62,978 bases of DNA, filler included, from Octopus bimaculoides (GCF_001194135.2; 6 parts of 6 records of this genome joined end to end with filler, not necessarily neighbours in it); one strand, 5' to 3'; numbered from the whole stretch's first letter, positions 51,069 through 62,062 are shown. Numbers and translations: made by a program. The notes: generated by a model not told the origin, from the letters alone.

Positions 51069-51160
51069 GCTGTCAACTTAATGTCAACTTAATGCTGTCA
51101 ACTTAATGTCAACTTAATGCTGTCAAATTAATGCTGTCAACTTAATGTCAACTTAATGTC
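51069..51160. repeat. 11/14-bp alternating tandem array (gctgtcaacttaat / gtcaacttaat)
   Basis: Seven units in the order 14,11,14,11,14,14,11. Confidence 0.9.
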
Positions 51161-51290
51161 CCCTGAAGGGAATAATACTACTGTTGGTTAGACCTAGGAA
51201 GCTGCACCGCTTCCTGTCGGCCTTCAGACATTTCCTTTGTCCTTATGTTTACAAGGGGGAGACAAACACCTCCACCCAGCTAAACCTGCA

Positions 51291-51333
51291 TCCAGAGACA
51301 TGTTTCTGAGTCTTTGCTCGTCATCAGTCTGGA
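51291..51333 (-). ncRNA. Minimal type I hammerhead ribozyme motif
   Basis: Minus strand tccaga-CTGATGA-c gag caaaga ctc a-GAAAC-at-GTC-tctgga: 6-bp stem I, intact core, 3-bp stem II, palindromic acatgt stem III, GUC cleavage triplet. Confidence 0.8.
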
Positions 51334-51374
51334 GTAGCATGACCTGATAGTCGAAGATGCCTGTCAAGCTCTTG

Positions 51375-51814
51375 TAGTGTCGCCATCAATTAGTAATTCC
51401 AGACATCAATGTTTCAAGCTTCTTGGCTCTTGTCGATGAGATGTACCAAACTAACAAGGGCAACTCTGAACGAACTTATAAAGCCATAGATTTATGTGTG
51501 ATTCAGTCAACACGTTGACTGATTTGCGCAAGTAGATCGGCCGATCGAGGAAAATAACGAAGCGTTAGCGCAAAGCAGTGTTTAAGCATGAGCAGAATTT
51601 AGGTTTGTCAAAACAGCTTAGCGCTAACACTTCGATATTTTCCTCAATCGAGTGATCTACTGGCGCAAAACAGTCAACGTTTTGACTGAATCACGCATAA
51701 AGCTATGTCTTTATAATTTCACCAGAGTTGCCTCTCTTAGGTAAATCTCAACGAGAAGAGCCAAGAAGCTTGAAACATCTCGATGTCTGAGATTCCTCAT
51801 TGATGGCGACACTG
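51375..51814. mobile_element. 440-bp palindromic hairpin element (MITE-like)
   Basis: Left agtgtcgccatcaat...tgtttcaagcttcttggctctt...gtgattcagtcaa...gcgttagcgc aligns with the reverse complement of the right arm ending gatggcgacactg. Arms ~200 bp, short loop. Confidence 0.85.
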
Positions 51815-51941
51815 AACAAACCGGTGTTTTCACACATTTTTACCATAAGAGAGATATATTCTCCACGGTAACTGCAGTATATTTGCCTTTTAGTAGTTGA
51901 AATATGTCACAAATATGCTTCACTAACCTAAATTCTGCTCG

Positions 51942-51984
<43 letters not shown>

Positions 51985-53353
51985 CATTATATATAACACT
52001 ATATAACATTATGCGTACATATCTCATATATATATATATANNNNNNNNNNNNNNNNNNNNNNNNNNNNNNNNNNNNNNNNNNNNNNNNNNNNNNNNNNNN
52101 NNNNNNNNNNNNNNNNNNNNNNNNNNNNNNNNNNNNNNNNNNNNNNNNNNNNNNNNNNNNNNNNNNNNNNNNNNNNNNNNNNNNNNNNNNNNNNNNNNNN
52201 NNNNNNNNNNNNNNNNNNNNNNNNNNNNNNNNNNNNNNNNNNNNNNNNNNNNNNNNNNNNNNNNNNNNNNNNNNNNNNNNNNNNNNNNNNNNNNNNNNNN
52301 NNNNNNNNNNNNNNNNNNNNNNNNNNNNNNNNNNNNNNNNNNNNNNNNNNNNNNNNNNNNNNNNNNNNNNNNNNNNNNNNNNNNNNNNNNNNNNNNNNNN
52401 NNNNNNNNNNNNNNNNNNNNNNNNNNNNNNNNNNNNNNNNNNNNNNNNNNNNNNNNNNNNNNNNNNNNNNNNNNNNNNNNNNNNNNNNNNNNNNNNNNNN
52501 NNNNNNNNNNNNNNNNNNNNNNNNNNNNNNNNNNNNNNNNNNNNNNNNNNNNNNNNNNNNNNNNNNNNNNNNNNNNNNNNNNNNNNNNNNNNNNNNNNNN
52601 NNNNNATATATATGTATATATATTAATTTATGTATATATTAATATTATCATGGTTGAAAAAACTTCGATAATGTAAATATGTTAATAGTTACCAGGGTAG
52701 CAAAAAATCATACAAAAACTGGGATATTATACAAGATTAATGGGAAGAAATTCCATGTTAAGGTGATGTATTTTGAGTAGATATAAAGAATAATAATAAA
52801 TGGAGCAAAACGCGTATGATCAATAAGTTCCTTTAATTCCTACTTATGTTTCAAAATATATGTGCACACTACTCCAAAGAAGTAAGAGGTGCTGGAAATG
52901 CACATAAATTCATCGTCAGGGAACCAACTTACAAAGGCAAGACATGCGATAAATGCTAAGGTTGTGTACGAGTTATAACATTATATAGCTAAGTAAATGA
53001 ACGTTAGAAACAAGAACGCTAGTTTACAGGGAGCTGTTAAAGGAGAGGGGCTATGAACGCTATACTAAAAGTTTAAATTAAAAGAAGACATAATGAACCG
53101 CAGTAAAATCCAAAAATCTAAAGTTCAAAATAATGGTAAACAAGAAATCTTAGTAAAGGAGAAAGGGAGAGAATCCAATGAATTCTTTATATATTACTCC
53201 TTATGTAAAAAAAACATATATACTGAGGTAAAATAAAGTAAAGAATAGATTGTAAATATAATTAATTAAACAACCATAGCATTGTATCATATTAAGATAC
53301 GGTTATTAACCTAAATAAATGGTAACACAAGGTAGAAAACTATAATGTGATGA

Positions 53354-53436
<83 letters not shown>

Positions 53437-53480
53437 NNNNNNNNNNNNNNNNNNNNNNNNNNNNNNNNNNNNNNNNNNNN

Positions 53481-53492
53481 TTAATTAATTAA
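53481..53492. other. Artificial six-frame stop spacer in a 100-bp gap
   Basis: N-flanked TTAATTAATTAA. Confidence 0.95.
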
Positions 53493-53536
53493 NNNNNNNN
53501 NNNNNNNNNNNNNNNNNNNNNNNNNNNNNNNNNNNN

Positions 53537-53573
<37 letters not shown>

Positions 53574-53708
53574 GGAATATACTTTTTCTGTATATCTGTA
53601 TATCGATATATCCTTCCTATCTCTCTTTCCATCAGCCTATTTAAATGCTTATCTCTCTGCCAACCAAGCAACAACCAGCCTATATCGATACACACACACA
53701 CACACACA

Positions 53709-53747
<39 letters not shown>

Positions 53748-54282
53748 ACACACACACACACACTTGTTATGTATATTTAGGTCTACGCATCTATTTACCT
53801 AGCTAACCATCTCTCCTTGCATTAATTTTGTTTGCGTATGAAAATTAATTAGTCGGATAAAGAAGACATCATCCACTTACACGTGAGCACACATAAACAC
53901 ATACACACACACTAACGTACACATACACATCCACACATACCCATAGATGTGCGTATTTATCGTAGTCACACGGTCATTGATAGACGCCAGGATAAACACA
54001 CATGACATTCAGTCACTCACCTATTTCTCAGGTGACCGAGCTGTCTTCCATATTTGTTTTCTGGTCACACACAATAACATTCTTTACTACGTCTATGTTT
54101 AATTTTGACACTCTGCTGTACTGCGTGTCAATAATGCCGGAGCAGCGGGAAAAATAACTTCCGACATTGATTGTATGTATCCTTATGTTCCTAGTTCGTT
54201 TCCCGCCTTGGTCGACCATCACACAATCACTTTTATTTTATCTTTTCCAGAGGAGCAAGAAGATTAAATTATCAGCTAAATA

Positions 54283-54510
54283 TGAGGAGGCGTGAGGCTT
54301 AGTGGTTAGACTGTTGGACTCATGATCGTAAGATTGTGGTTTCGATTCCTGGGCTGGGCGAAGCGTTGTGTTCTTGAGCAAAACACAACATTTCACGTTG
54401 CTCTAGTCTACTCAAGTGAAAAAAATTAGTAACTCTGCGACGGACCAGCGTCTCGTCCAGGAGGAATATATATACCGCAGAAACCGGGAAAATGGCTCTA
54501 TGAGTCTCAG
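54283..54510 (+). mobile_element. CORE-type SINE, family C
   Basis: gaggaggcgtgaggcttagtggttagactgttggactcatgatcgtaagattgtggtttcgattcctggg...ttgtgttcttgagcaaaacac...cgacggaccagcgtctcgtccagg. Confidence 0.85.
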
Positions 54511-54766
54511 TACATATGCTAAGTACACCTACTTGTTGTTTATAAACCTGTCTTTGTCTTTCGTTTTCTGTAAATTTCAACTATATATATATATATATAT
54601 ATTTCCGTTTGAGATTGGGAAGCCAACCAACTAAGGGATAGTACCTATCCAATATACTGTTGGTAGTGTGCCCAATTATTAATACCCAAGTGTTGCTAAT
54701 TGCGTGGCAATTTCGCAATCGAGTGTCATATATGGGCGAGGGTAAACTGTTGTTTACACTTAATTT

Positions 54767-55383
54767 ATATGGCGAAAAGAAAAATGGAGGGGATACAAAA
54801 CGGACATACATCACCTGAGAGACATTCTATTATGTCTATTTATTCCAAAACAAAAGGGAGTATTATAAGTATACATACACATGCAAAGACTGTGTGCTAC
54901 ACAAATATGTACTAGTAACATATAAAAGAGTAAAAGATTAAAAGATCAGTTCCTTACGGCCGTTTCTGCCAAGAAGCCACGATGTCCTCCATGCTAGCTC
55001 CATCTCTTCAGTGTTCTGTAGGGATGGGTAGATTGAATTTGGATGTTGAGAGTACCTCTAGGCTTCATCAAAGGGTCTAAATGGTTAGGAGAGCCAATAC
55101 ATACAAGAGTCATTTACTAATAGGTACAGCATATTTTTCTTTTTGAAGAGAGCATAAGAAGAATGGGAGCAAGACTTAGAGTGCGAGAGGAGTAAAATTT
55201 AGTAAATTGGATTAGGTATAGGAAAGAGAAATAAGTCATAGACTTCAAATGTTGCCTTCCAAGATTCATATGTATATGTATTCTTATAATATTCCCTTTT
55301 TTTGGAATAAATAGACATAATAGACTGTCTACCAGCTGATGTATGTCAGTTTTGTATTCCCTCCATTTTCTTTTTGCCATATA
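54767..55383. repeat. ~117-bp inverted repeat pair (54767-54883 / 55267-55383)
   Basis: atatggcgaaaagaaaaatggaggggatacaaaac...ctattatgtctatttattccaaaa matches the reverse complement of ttttggaataaatagacataatag...gttttgtattccctccattttctttttgccatat. Confidence 0.85.
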
Positions 55384-55519
55384 TATATGTAGTATATATA
55401 TATATGGCCACATATCTATGCCTTTTGTCATATTGATGTGTATGTGTTTGTGTCTATGTGTGTGCGTATATGTGTATGTAAGTGTGTGTGCATAAACTTA
55501 TATTTATGCAAAAATGTCC

Positions 55520-55692
55520 TTTTCTACTCTAGGCAGAAGGCCCGAAATTTTCGGGGCGAGAGCCAGTCGATTAGATCGACTCCAATGCGTAACTGGTACT
55601 TATTTAATCGACCCCGAAAGGATGCGGCGTAATTTGAATTCAGAACGTAAAGACAGACGAAATACCGCAAAGTATTTCGCCCGGCGTGTTAA
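55520..55692 (-). mobile_element. SINE family A, tail type 2
   Basis: ggcagaaggcccgaaattttcgggg...tgcgtaactggtacttatttaatcgaccccgaaagg...cagaacgtaaagacagacgaaatacc. Confidence 0.85.
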
Positions 55693-55699
55693 CGTTTCT

Positions 55700-55930
55700 T
55701 ATTTCTTTACTGCCCACAAGGGGCTAAACATAGAGGGGACAAACAAGGACAGACAAACGGATTAAGTCGATTATATCGACCCCAATGCGTAACTGGTACT
55801 TATTTAATCGACCCCGAAAGGATGAAAGGCAAAGTCGACCTCGGCGGAATTTGAACTTAGAACGTAAAGACAGACGAATTACCGGTAAGCATTTTGCCCG
55901 GGTGCTAACGTTTCTGCCAGCTCGCCGCCT
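55700..55930 (-). mobile_element. SINE family A, full length, tail type 1
   Basis: tttctttactgcccacaaggggctaaacatagaggggacaaacaaggacagac...gtcgacctcggcggaatttgaac...gccagctcgccgcc. Confidence 0.9.
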
Positions 55931-56285
55931 TTTTATGCACAAATATCGACATGTTCCTGTTCGTTACCCTTTCAAGCATAATATTCAAACATAACAGTTA
56001 ATACACATAATGTTTAATACACAGAGAATTATACATGTGTATACACATGCAATTCCAGATATACACACTTAGATGCCTCATGCTCAGGAAACATCACCTG
56101 TATATAAAAAATAATATAGACTAATAGCCACGCAGTTGAATAAACAGACAACAGGAAAGGGAGAATTATGGCTTAACCAGGAAGCTAGATATTACTCTGT
56201 AATGACGTTACTGAAAGATAGATTGAAACAAATAAACAGACGATCCAATAAAATAAAAATGCCTTATTACCGGAAGTAATGATTT

Positions 56286-56405
56286 AAGGCAGTGAGGCGT
56301 TGGTCAAAATGCTTAATGGTATTTCTTCCGAGTCTTTACGTTCTGAGTTCAAATTGCGCCGAGGTTGACTTCGCCTTTCATCCTTTCGAGAACGATAAAT
56401 TAAAT
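56286..56405 (+). mobile_element. SINE family A, partial
   Basis: aaatgcttaatggtatttcttcc...acgttctgagttcaaattgcgccgaggttgacttcgcctttcatcctttcg. Confidence 0.8.
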
Positions 56406-56414
56406 GATCCTTCT

Positions 56415-56560
56415 AACTAAAGGCACAAGGCTTGAAATTTGGGGGAAAGAACTGATCGATTACATCGACCCCCAGCGTTTCACTGGTACTTAATTCATCG
56501 ACCCCGAAAGGATGAAAGGCAAAATCAACTCCAGCGGAATTTGAACTCAGAACGTGCAAA
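56415..56560 (-). mobile_element. SINE family A, 5'-truncated
   Basis: ggcacaaggcttgaaatttgggg...atcgaccccgaaaggatgaaaggcaaaatc...gaatttgaactcagaacgt. Confidence 0.8.
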
Positions 56561-56639
56561 CAGACGGAGTGTGCTGGGTCGATGTGTTCGACTCAACCAT
56601 TTCCTAATATTGCTAGCCGTGTGCCAAAGATTAAAAATG

Positions 56640-56840
56640 TCGGCGAGCTGGAGAGATCGTTAAGAACATCGATAAAATGTCATGCAGAATTTCTTCCGAC
56701 TCGTTAAGTTCTGGGTTCAAATCCCAACGAGGTCAACTTTGATTTTTACTCTTTTGAAGTCGATAAAAAAAGTACCACCTGAAAACTGGGACAGTTGTAA
56801 TCAACATATCCCTCCCTAAAATTGCTGGTATTGTACTTAG
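56640..56840 (+). mobile_element. SINE family A, degenerate
   Basis: cggcgagctggagagatcgttaagaacatcg...gttctgggttcaaatcccaacgaggtcaactttg. Confidence 0.75.
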
Positions 56841-58054
56841 AAATTTTAAAAGCTAGGGAGATGGCAGCATCATTATATTGCTATGCGGTAGTTCTTCCGC
56901 GTATTTATATTGTGAAAAGTGCGTGGCTTAATCCTTGTTGCCATTTGAACCCAGAACTTAGCGAAACCTAGCAATTCGGCAAAAGAAAACCGATAGAATA
57001 AGTACCAAGCTTTACTNNNNNNNNNNNNNNNNNNNNNNNNNNNNNNNNNNNNNNNNNNNNNNNNNNNNNNNNNNNNNNNNNNNNNNNNNNNNNNNNNNNN
57101 NNNNNNNNNNNNNNNNNNNNNNNNNNNNNNNNNNNNNNNNNNNNNNNNNNNNNNNNNNNNNNNNNNNNNNNNNNNNNNNNNNNNNNNNNNNNNNNNNNNN
57201 NNNNNNNNNNNNNNNNNNNNNNNNNNNNNNNNNNNNNNNNNNNNNNNNNNNNNNNNNNNNNNNNNNNNNNNNNNNNNNNNNNNNNNNNNNNNNNNNNNNN
57301 NNNNNNNNNNNNNNNNNNNNNNNNNNNNNNNNNNNNNNNNNNNNNNNNNNNNNNNNNNNNNNNNNNNNNNNNNNNNNNNNNNNNNNNNNNNNNNNNNNNN
57401 NNNNNNNNNNNNNNNNNNNNNNNNNNNNNNNNNNNNNNNNNNNNNNNNNNNNNNNNNNNNNNNNNNNNNNNNNNNNNNNNNNNNNNNNNNNNNNNNNNNN
57501 NNNNNNNNNNNNNNNNNNNNNNNNNNNNNNNNNNNNNNNNNNNNNNNNNNNNNNNNNNNNNNNNNNNNNNNNNNNNNNNNNNNNNNNNNNNNNNNNNNNN
57601 NNNNNNNNNNNNNNNNNNNNNNNNNNNNNNNNNNNNNNNNNNNNNNNNNNNNNNNNNNNNNNNNNNNNNNNNNNNNNNNNNNNNNNNNNNNNNNNNNNNN
57701 NNNNNNNNNNNNNNNNNNNNNNNNNNNNNNNNNNNNNNNNNNNNNNNNNNNNNNNNNNNNNNNNNNNNNNNNNNNNNNNNNNNNNNNNNNNNNNNNNNNN
57801 NNNNNNNNNNNNNNNNNNNNNNNNNNNNNNNNNNNNNNNNNNNNNNNNNNNNNNNNNNNNNNNNNNNNNNNNNNNNNNNNNNNNNNNNNNNNNNNNNNNN
57901 NNNNNNNNNNNNNNNNNNNNNNNNNNNNNNNNNNNNNNNNNNNNNNNNNNNNNNNNNNNNNNNNNNNNNNNNNNNNNNNNNNNNNNNNNTATATATATAT
58001 ATAAGAAGTAATTAAGATTCAGTTGAATTAGATACTTAAGTTGAAGTACCACGT

Positions 58055-58212
58055 CAGTCTGGTATTATCCGCACAGCTCCAAGTAAGGTGAATAAAATCA
58101 AAATAAGTAACAGGATGTCAAGCAGTACGACCGTTTCAAGGGGCTCCATTTAAATGAAAAATGCAATCATTACATCAATTTAAATACACCGCTATCTTCA
58201 GCTAAACAAATA
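58055..58212 (+). repeat. Dispersed ~160-bp repeat, inverted partner of 59349-59514
   Basis: tatccgcacagctccaagtaaggtgaataaaatcaaaataag...ccgtttcaag...atcaatttaaat. Confidence 0.85.
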
Positions 58213-59203
58213 TGGATTTTCAACAGACAAGATGTATTAATATAATTTTTCCTAAATATTTTAACAGAGCAAGAGGATGGAAGAATTTCATGTTGTCACT
58301 ATTGTAGCAAGAATAGCTAAGGGAAAAACAAACTACAATTTTTAGAGTGACATGGAACACAGTGGGGGTCACAGGGCTGTAATTCATTTCCTATTTCTCT
58401 ATCTCCTTATCATCAACAAAAATCTAAGACAAGAAAACTGCGTATATTTAGAATAAAGAGCAAAGTGAGTTGCCAGCTCATAGCTGGGTGCTGGTCATAA
58501 ATTTCATACTGTCACAGGCACCCCTCTACCCACAAGAAAAAGAAACAAAACTTTCGAAAGAGTCAATCAGAGAGTAGTAAATGTCTATAAAAGAGGTAGG
58601 GTGGGAGTGGCATTAATTCATGATGTTGTTACCAGTTAAAGGGGATTATACTACGAAACTTAGGATGCTACAATGAGATCCAGGAAAACATTAGAGAGTA
58701 AGAGGGAGAACGTTTATAAACAACATCATTAAGTTGTATAAAAATAAAATTTAAAACCAAAAAATTCTAAAATTGTATATCATAACCAAGTTAGCTAAAA
58801 GTGATTTATAGATCAATTTAAACATTAAAGCGAAAATTACGATTATGTAGAGTCAACTTAATATTTCATTGTTACTTAATTAATTATTAGGTGGTCACTA
58901 TAAAGACCACTCAAACCACTTATATATGGAATTTATCTGGAAACGTATACATACTGTCTACTGATTGAAAGTAATGAATCAGAAGCAGGATAATTAGATA
59001 ACACATAGACATTATTAAATATACAAGGAAAAGTGTTTACTGATATAAGTAGGTGTAATAGTATAAAAAATAATGTATACAGATACATATGCAAAAGGGG
59101 GTTTTATATGTACATATATATATATATANNNNNNNNNNNNNNNNNNNNNNNNNNNNNNNNNNNNNNNNNNNNNNNNNNNNNNNNNNNNNNNNNNNNTATA
59201 TAT

Positions 59204-59236
<33 letters not shown>

Positions 59237-59256
59237 TACATACATACATACATACA

Positions 59257-59292
<36 letters not shown>

Positions 59293-59348
59293 CGCTTATA
59301 TAAAGAATATAGTATAATTATTTGTGTCCAACTGGTTTAAATTCTGTT

Positions 59349-59514
59349 TATTTGTGCAGCTGATGATAGCACTGCATTTAAATTGATATAATAGTTGCAT
59401 TGTTCAATTAAATGGAGCCGCTTGAAACGGTTGTACTGCATCACTTCTAGAAATCCTGTTGCTTATTTTGATCTTATTCACCTTACTTCGAGCTGTGCGG
59501 ATACTATCGGACTG
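59349..59514 (-). repeat. Dispersed ~165-bp repeat, inverted partner of 58055-58212
   Basis: Reverse complement tatccgcacagctcgaagtaaggtgaataagatcaaaataag...ccgtttcaag...atcaatttaaat. Confidence 0.85.
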
Positions 59515-59515
59515 G

Positions 59516-59548
<33 letters not shown>

Positions 59549-59779
59549 AGACAAGGTATAAATAATGGTCATTTCTTAATCTAAAAGCCACTATAACTTG
59601 AGCACAACCAGAGATTTACGCTATAGAATGATGATGAACTATAACCGCGGACACTGCCACAAGAATACGCGGAGTTCATTATTAATCTCAACAATATTGT
59701 TAACCTGGTGTACCAAGAGAGAACTTATAAAATATTTTGCCGGGATTGATAATACCTCACAAATTAATTTGTTTATACA

Positions 59780-59811
<32 letters not shown>

Positions 59812-60264
59812 AATATAAATATATATATATATACGTGTGTATAAAATCAAAATATGCAATAAGGATATCCAAAGTTAATACAGTACGATCGTTTCATGCG
59901 GCTCCATTTATTTAAGCAATGTGAACATTACATCAAATGTAAAATGCAGAGCAATCCTCAGTTGCACAAAGAGATAGAAATTTACTGAAATTACATTTCA
60001 ACAGAAGGACATATTTTTGTAACTACATTTAAACTCTCCAAGTAGAAAGGAAGAATACAAAAAAACCATTTTGACTTAGCCAGACCATACAGGCTAGTAA
60101 TGAATTCTAAGACGATACTGGCTAGTAATTAATTCTATGTGTGTATATATATACAAATAATATGATAATTTATTTTCGAGCACAGAGACGCCTTTAGAAC
60201 AACAGAAACATTGGGTAAATTACCCTTACAAAGTGGAAAAAAATTGTCAACAAACAGCCATGTT

Positions 60265-60432
60265 TACACGACGGGCTTCTTTCAGTTTCTGTCTACCAAA
60301 TCCACTCAGAAGGCCTTGGTTGATCCGAGGCTTTAGTAGAAGATATTTCCTAAGGTGCCGTTCAGTAGGGATTGAATTCGGGATCACGTGGCTGTAAATG
60401 GAGCCTCTTAACTACATCGCCACGACTGCACC
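60265..60432 (-). mobile_element. SINE family B
   Basis: cgacgggcttctttcagtttctgtctaccaaatccactc...aaggtgccgttcagtagggattgaattcggg. Confidence 0.85.
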
Positions 60433-60621
60433 TATAAATACAAAGGGAATATTATCATAGAAGGCTACGTAGTGATCACAGAATTTGATTACTGTGTGAC
60501 CCCTGACATTTGGAAGAGGATTTACTGGGAGGAGAAAAGCTCAATATCATGCTTTATCAGCAACAGTGTTTGCTTCATTGTGTAGGTCAGTGTAGGCGAT
60601 AAGCTCTTATATCATGCTTAC

Positions 60622-60756
60622 CATTAAGATGGGTTATCAGCAAATACTTGCTGACCTTCCTTAATAAGTGCCAACCCTTAAGCGGAATACTTTGTAACCA
60701 ATTGAAATGAAGTGGCAGAGGTTTTATATCTTCTTTAAGTCTCACATCTCGATGTT
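60622..60756 (-). CDS. Candidate symmetric phase 1-1 exon (unknown gene)
   Basis: Acceptor tatgttacaag and donor gtaagc; 135 nt open, HRDVRLKEDIKPLPLHFNWLQSIPLKGWHLLRKVSKYLLITHLN. Confidence 0.2.
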
Positions 60757-60861
60757 CTTGTAACATAAACAGTTTCTTGATGCACAAATATTCTGTGTTG
60801 GATTTTCGCAAGTCTACCACGTCATTTTATAAATTTTATTCCACGACTCGACTATACTGGT

Positions 60862-61042
60862 TAAATTTTAGCACAAGGCCAACCATTTCAAGGGTGATTA
60901 GATCGACCCCAGAGATCAAATTTTTTTATCGACCCCGACAAGATAAAAAGCAAAAATCGACCTTGAACTCAGAACATAAATACGGACGAAATGCTGCTTA
61001 GAGTTTTGTCCTGTGTACTAATGATTCCGCCAGTTCGGCACC
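60862..61042 (-). mobile_element. SINE family A, degenerate
   Basis: gcacaaggccaaccatttc...gatcgacccc...atcgaccccgacaagataaaaagc...ccgccagttcggcacc. Confidence 0.75.
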
Positions 61043-61189
61043 TTCAGTAACTCGAATGTATTGTCCATAATGTTGAACTTTCTCCACGAGTCTCTAGTTG
61101 ACGCATCATCCTTTCTACTAAAATAATTTATTAGTTATTTCAAAGTTTTCTTTAGTTAATGTCTTGGGGTAAAAGTTAACTGTCACGGT

Positions 61190-61254
61190 GACCATTGTCT
61201 GTCCTTGTTTGTCCCCTCTGTGTGTAGCCCCTTGTGGGCAGTAAAGAAATAAGA
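61190..61254 (+). mobile_element. SINE family A, isolated type-1 tail
   Basis: tgtctgtccttgtttgtcccctctgtgtgtagccccttgtgggcagtaaagaaataag. Confidence 0.8.
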
Positions 61255-61465
61255 AGAGGTAGAAGCTTCAATGCTGGATTTCTCCGCCTCGAATGACAAG
61301 AACTGGTATCAGCGTGGAACCAGAGAATGGTCAGAAAAGCCGCTTCAGACGGTGCAATACGATGGCCACTACTTTGTATCCTAGGGTGCATTTGTTATAA
61401 CTTGACGATTAAAACAAATAAGTTACCAAAATATTGTTAAACTTTTGACTTAACACAACACTTTG
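61253..61465 (+). mobile_element. Mariner 3' fragment (transposase C-terminus plus TIR-like end)
   Basis: EEVEASMLDFSASNDKNWYQRGTREWSEKPLQTVQYDGHYFVS* matches the mariner C-terminal consensus; followed by aaaatattgttaaacttttgactta. Confidence 0.75.
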
Positions 61466-61884
61466 CCAATGCAAAATATAGCGTATTTGATGGCATATAA
61501 AACGCACTTTTTTTCGAAGCAATCCCTCCAAAACTCACCCCAGATCCTATTTGTGAAGTTGGGCCTCCTGTAACCTAATGTTGTCCCGGACGCTCACTAT
61601 TATAAGCCAATTTTAGTCTAGACGGTCTCTTCTATCAAGCCTGACTTCATAACTAGAAAAACACTCGTAGAGCGCGGACCTCTGCCAAGCTCATTTTAAG
61701 ATAGATACGCGAGTAAAATTACTAATAGAGAAACGAAAATAAATTTTAGAAACAGCAACGCCACCATAGGTTACGTGGAAACGATGAACGTGTTTTCAAG
61801 GGAGATAATCAAAGAACGTAACATTTTAATATTTCATGTAAAGTAAATATAACAAGTGAAAAATCCTTCAAGAATCCATAAAAA

Positions 61885-62062
61885 TTCCCGGATCACTACC
61901 AAAATTTCATCATCTGTTTCTTATGTCATTATCAACTTTTTCTGCAAGTTTCATCAAATACCGTTCACAACTTTTTGAGTTATTTTGCACACAGACAGAG
62001 GGGCAGACGGACAAACCAACGCCCAGGAAAACATAACCTCCTTCCTTGGCGGAGCTAATAAA
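61885..62062 (+). mobile_element. Helentron/DINE-1 (pearl-like) non-autonomous element 3' end
   Basis: ggatcactaccaaaattt...aagtttcatcaaataccgttcacaactttttgagttat...(GACA)-like microsatellite...gaaaacataacctccttccttggcggagctaataa. Confidence 0.65.

Noticed and set aside
51069-51160. CRISPR-like or telomeric array
   Set aside because: No unique spacers, eukaryotic context, and not a telomere motif.
51180-51360. RTE LINE 3' end (MSLDAGLAGWR)
   Set aside because: The protein resemblance is weak; the precise hammerhead base-pairing explains the segment better.
54032-54172. + exon after cactcacctatttctcag
   Set aside because: All frames hit a stop before the gtatgt donor; at most a terminal or non-coding exon.
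54947-55019. Third hammerhead (minus CTGAAGA...GAAAC-ggcc-GTA)
   Set aside because: The core and palindromic stem III are present, but stem I does not pair and stem II does not close; at best a decayed relic.
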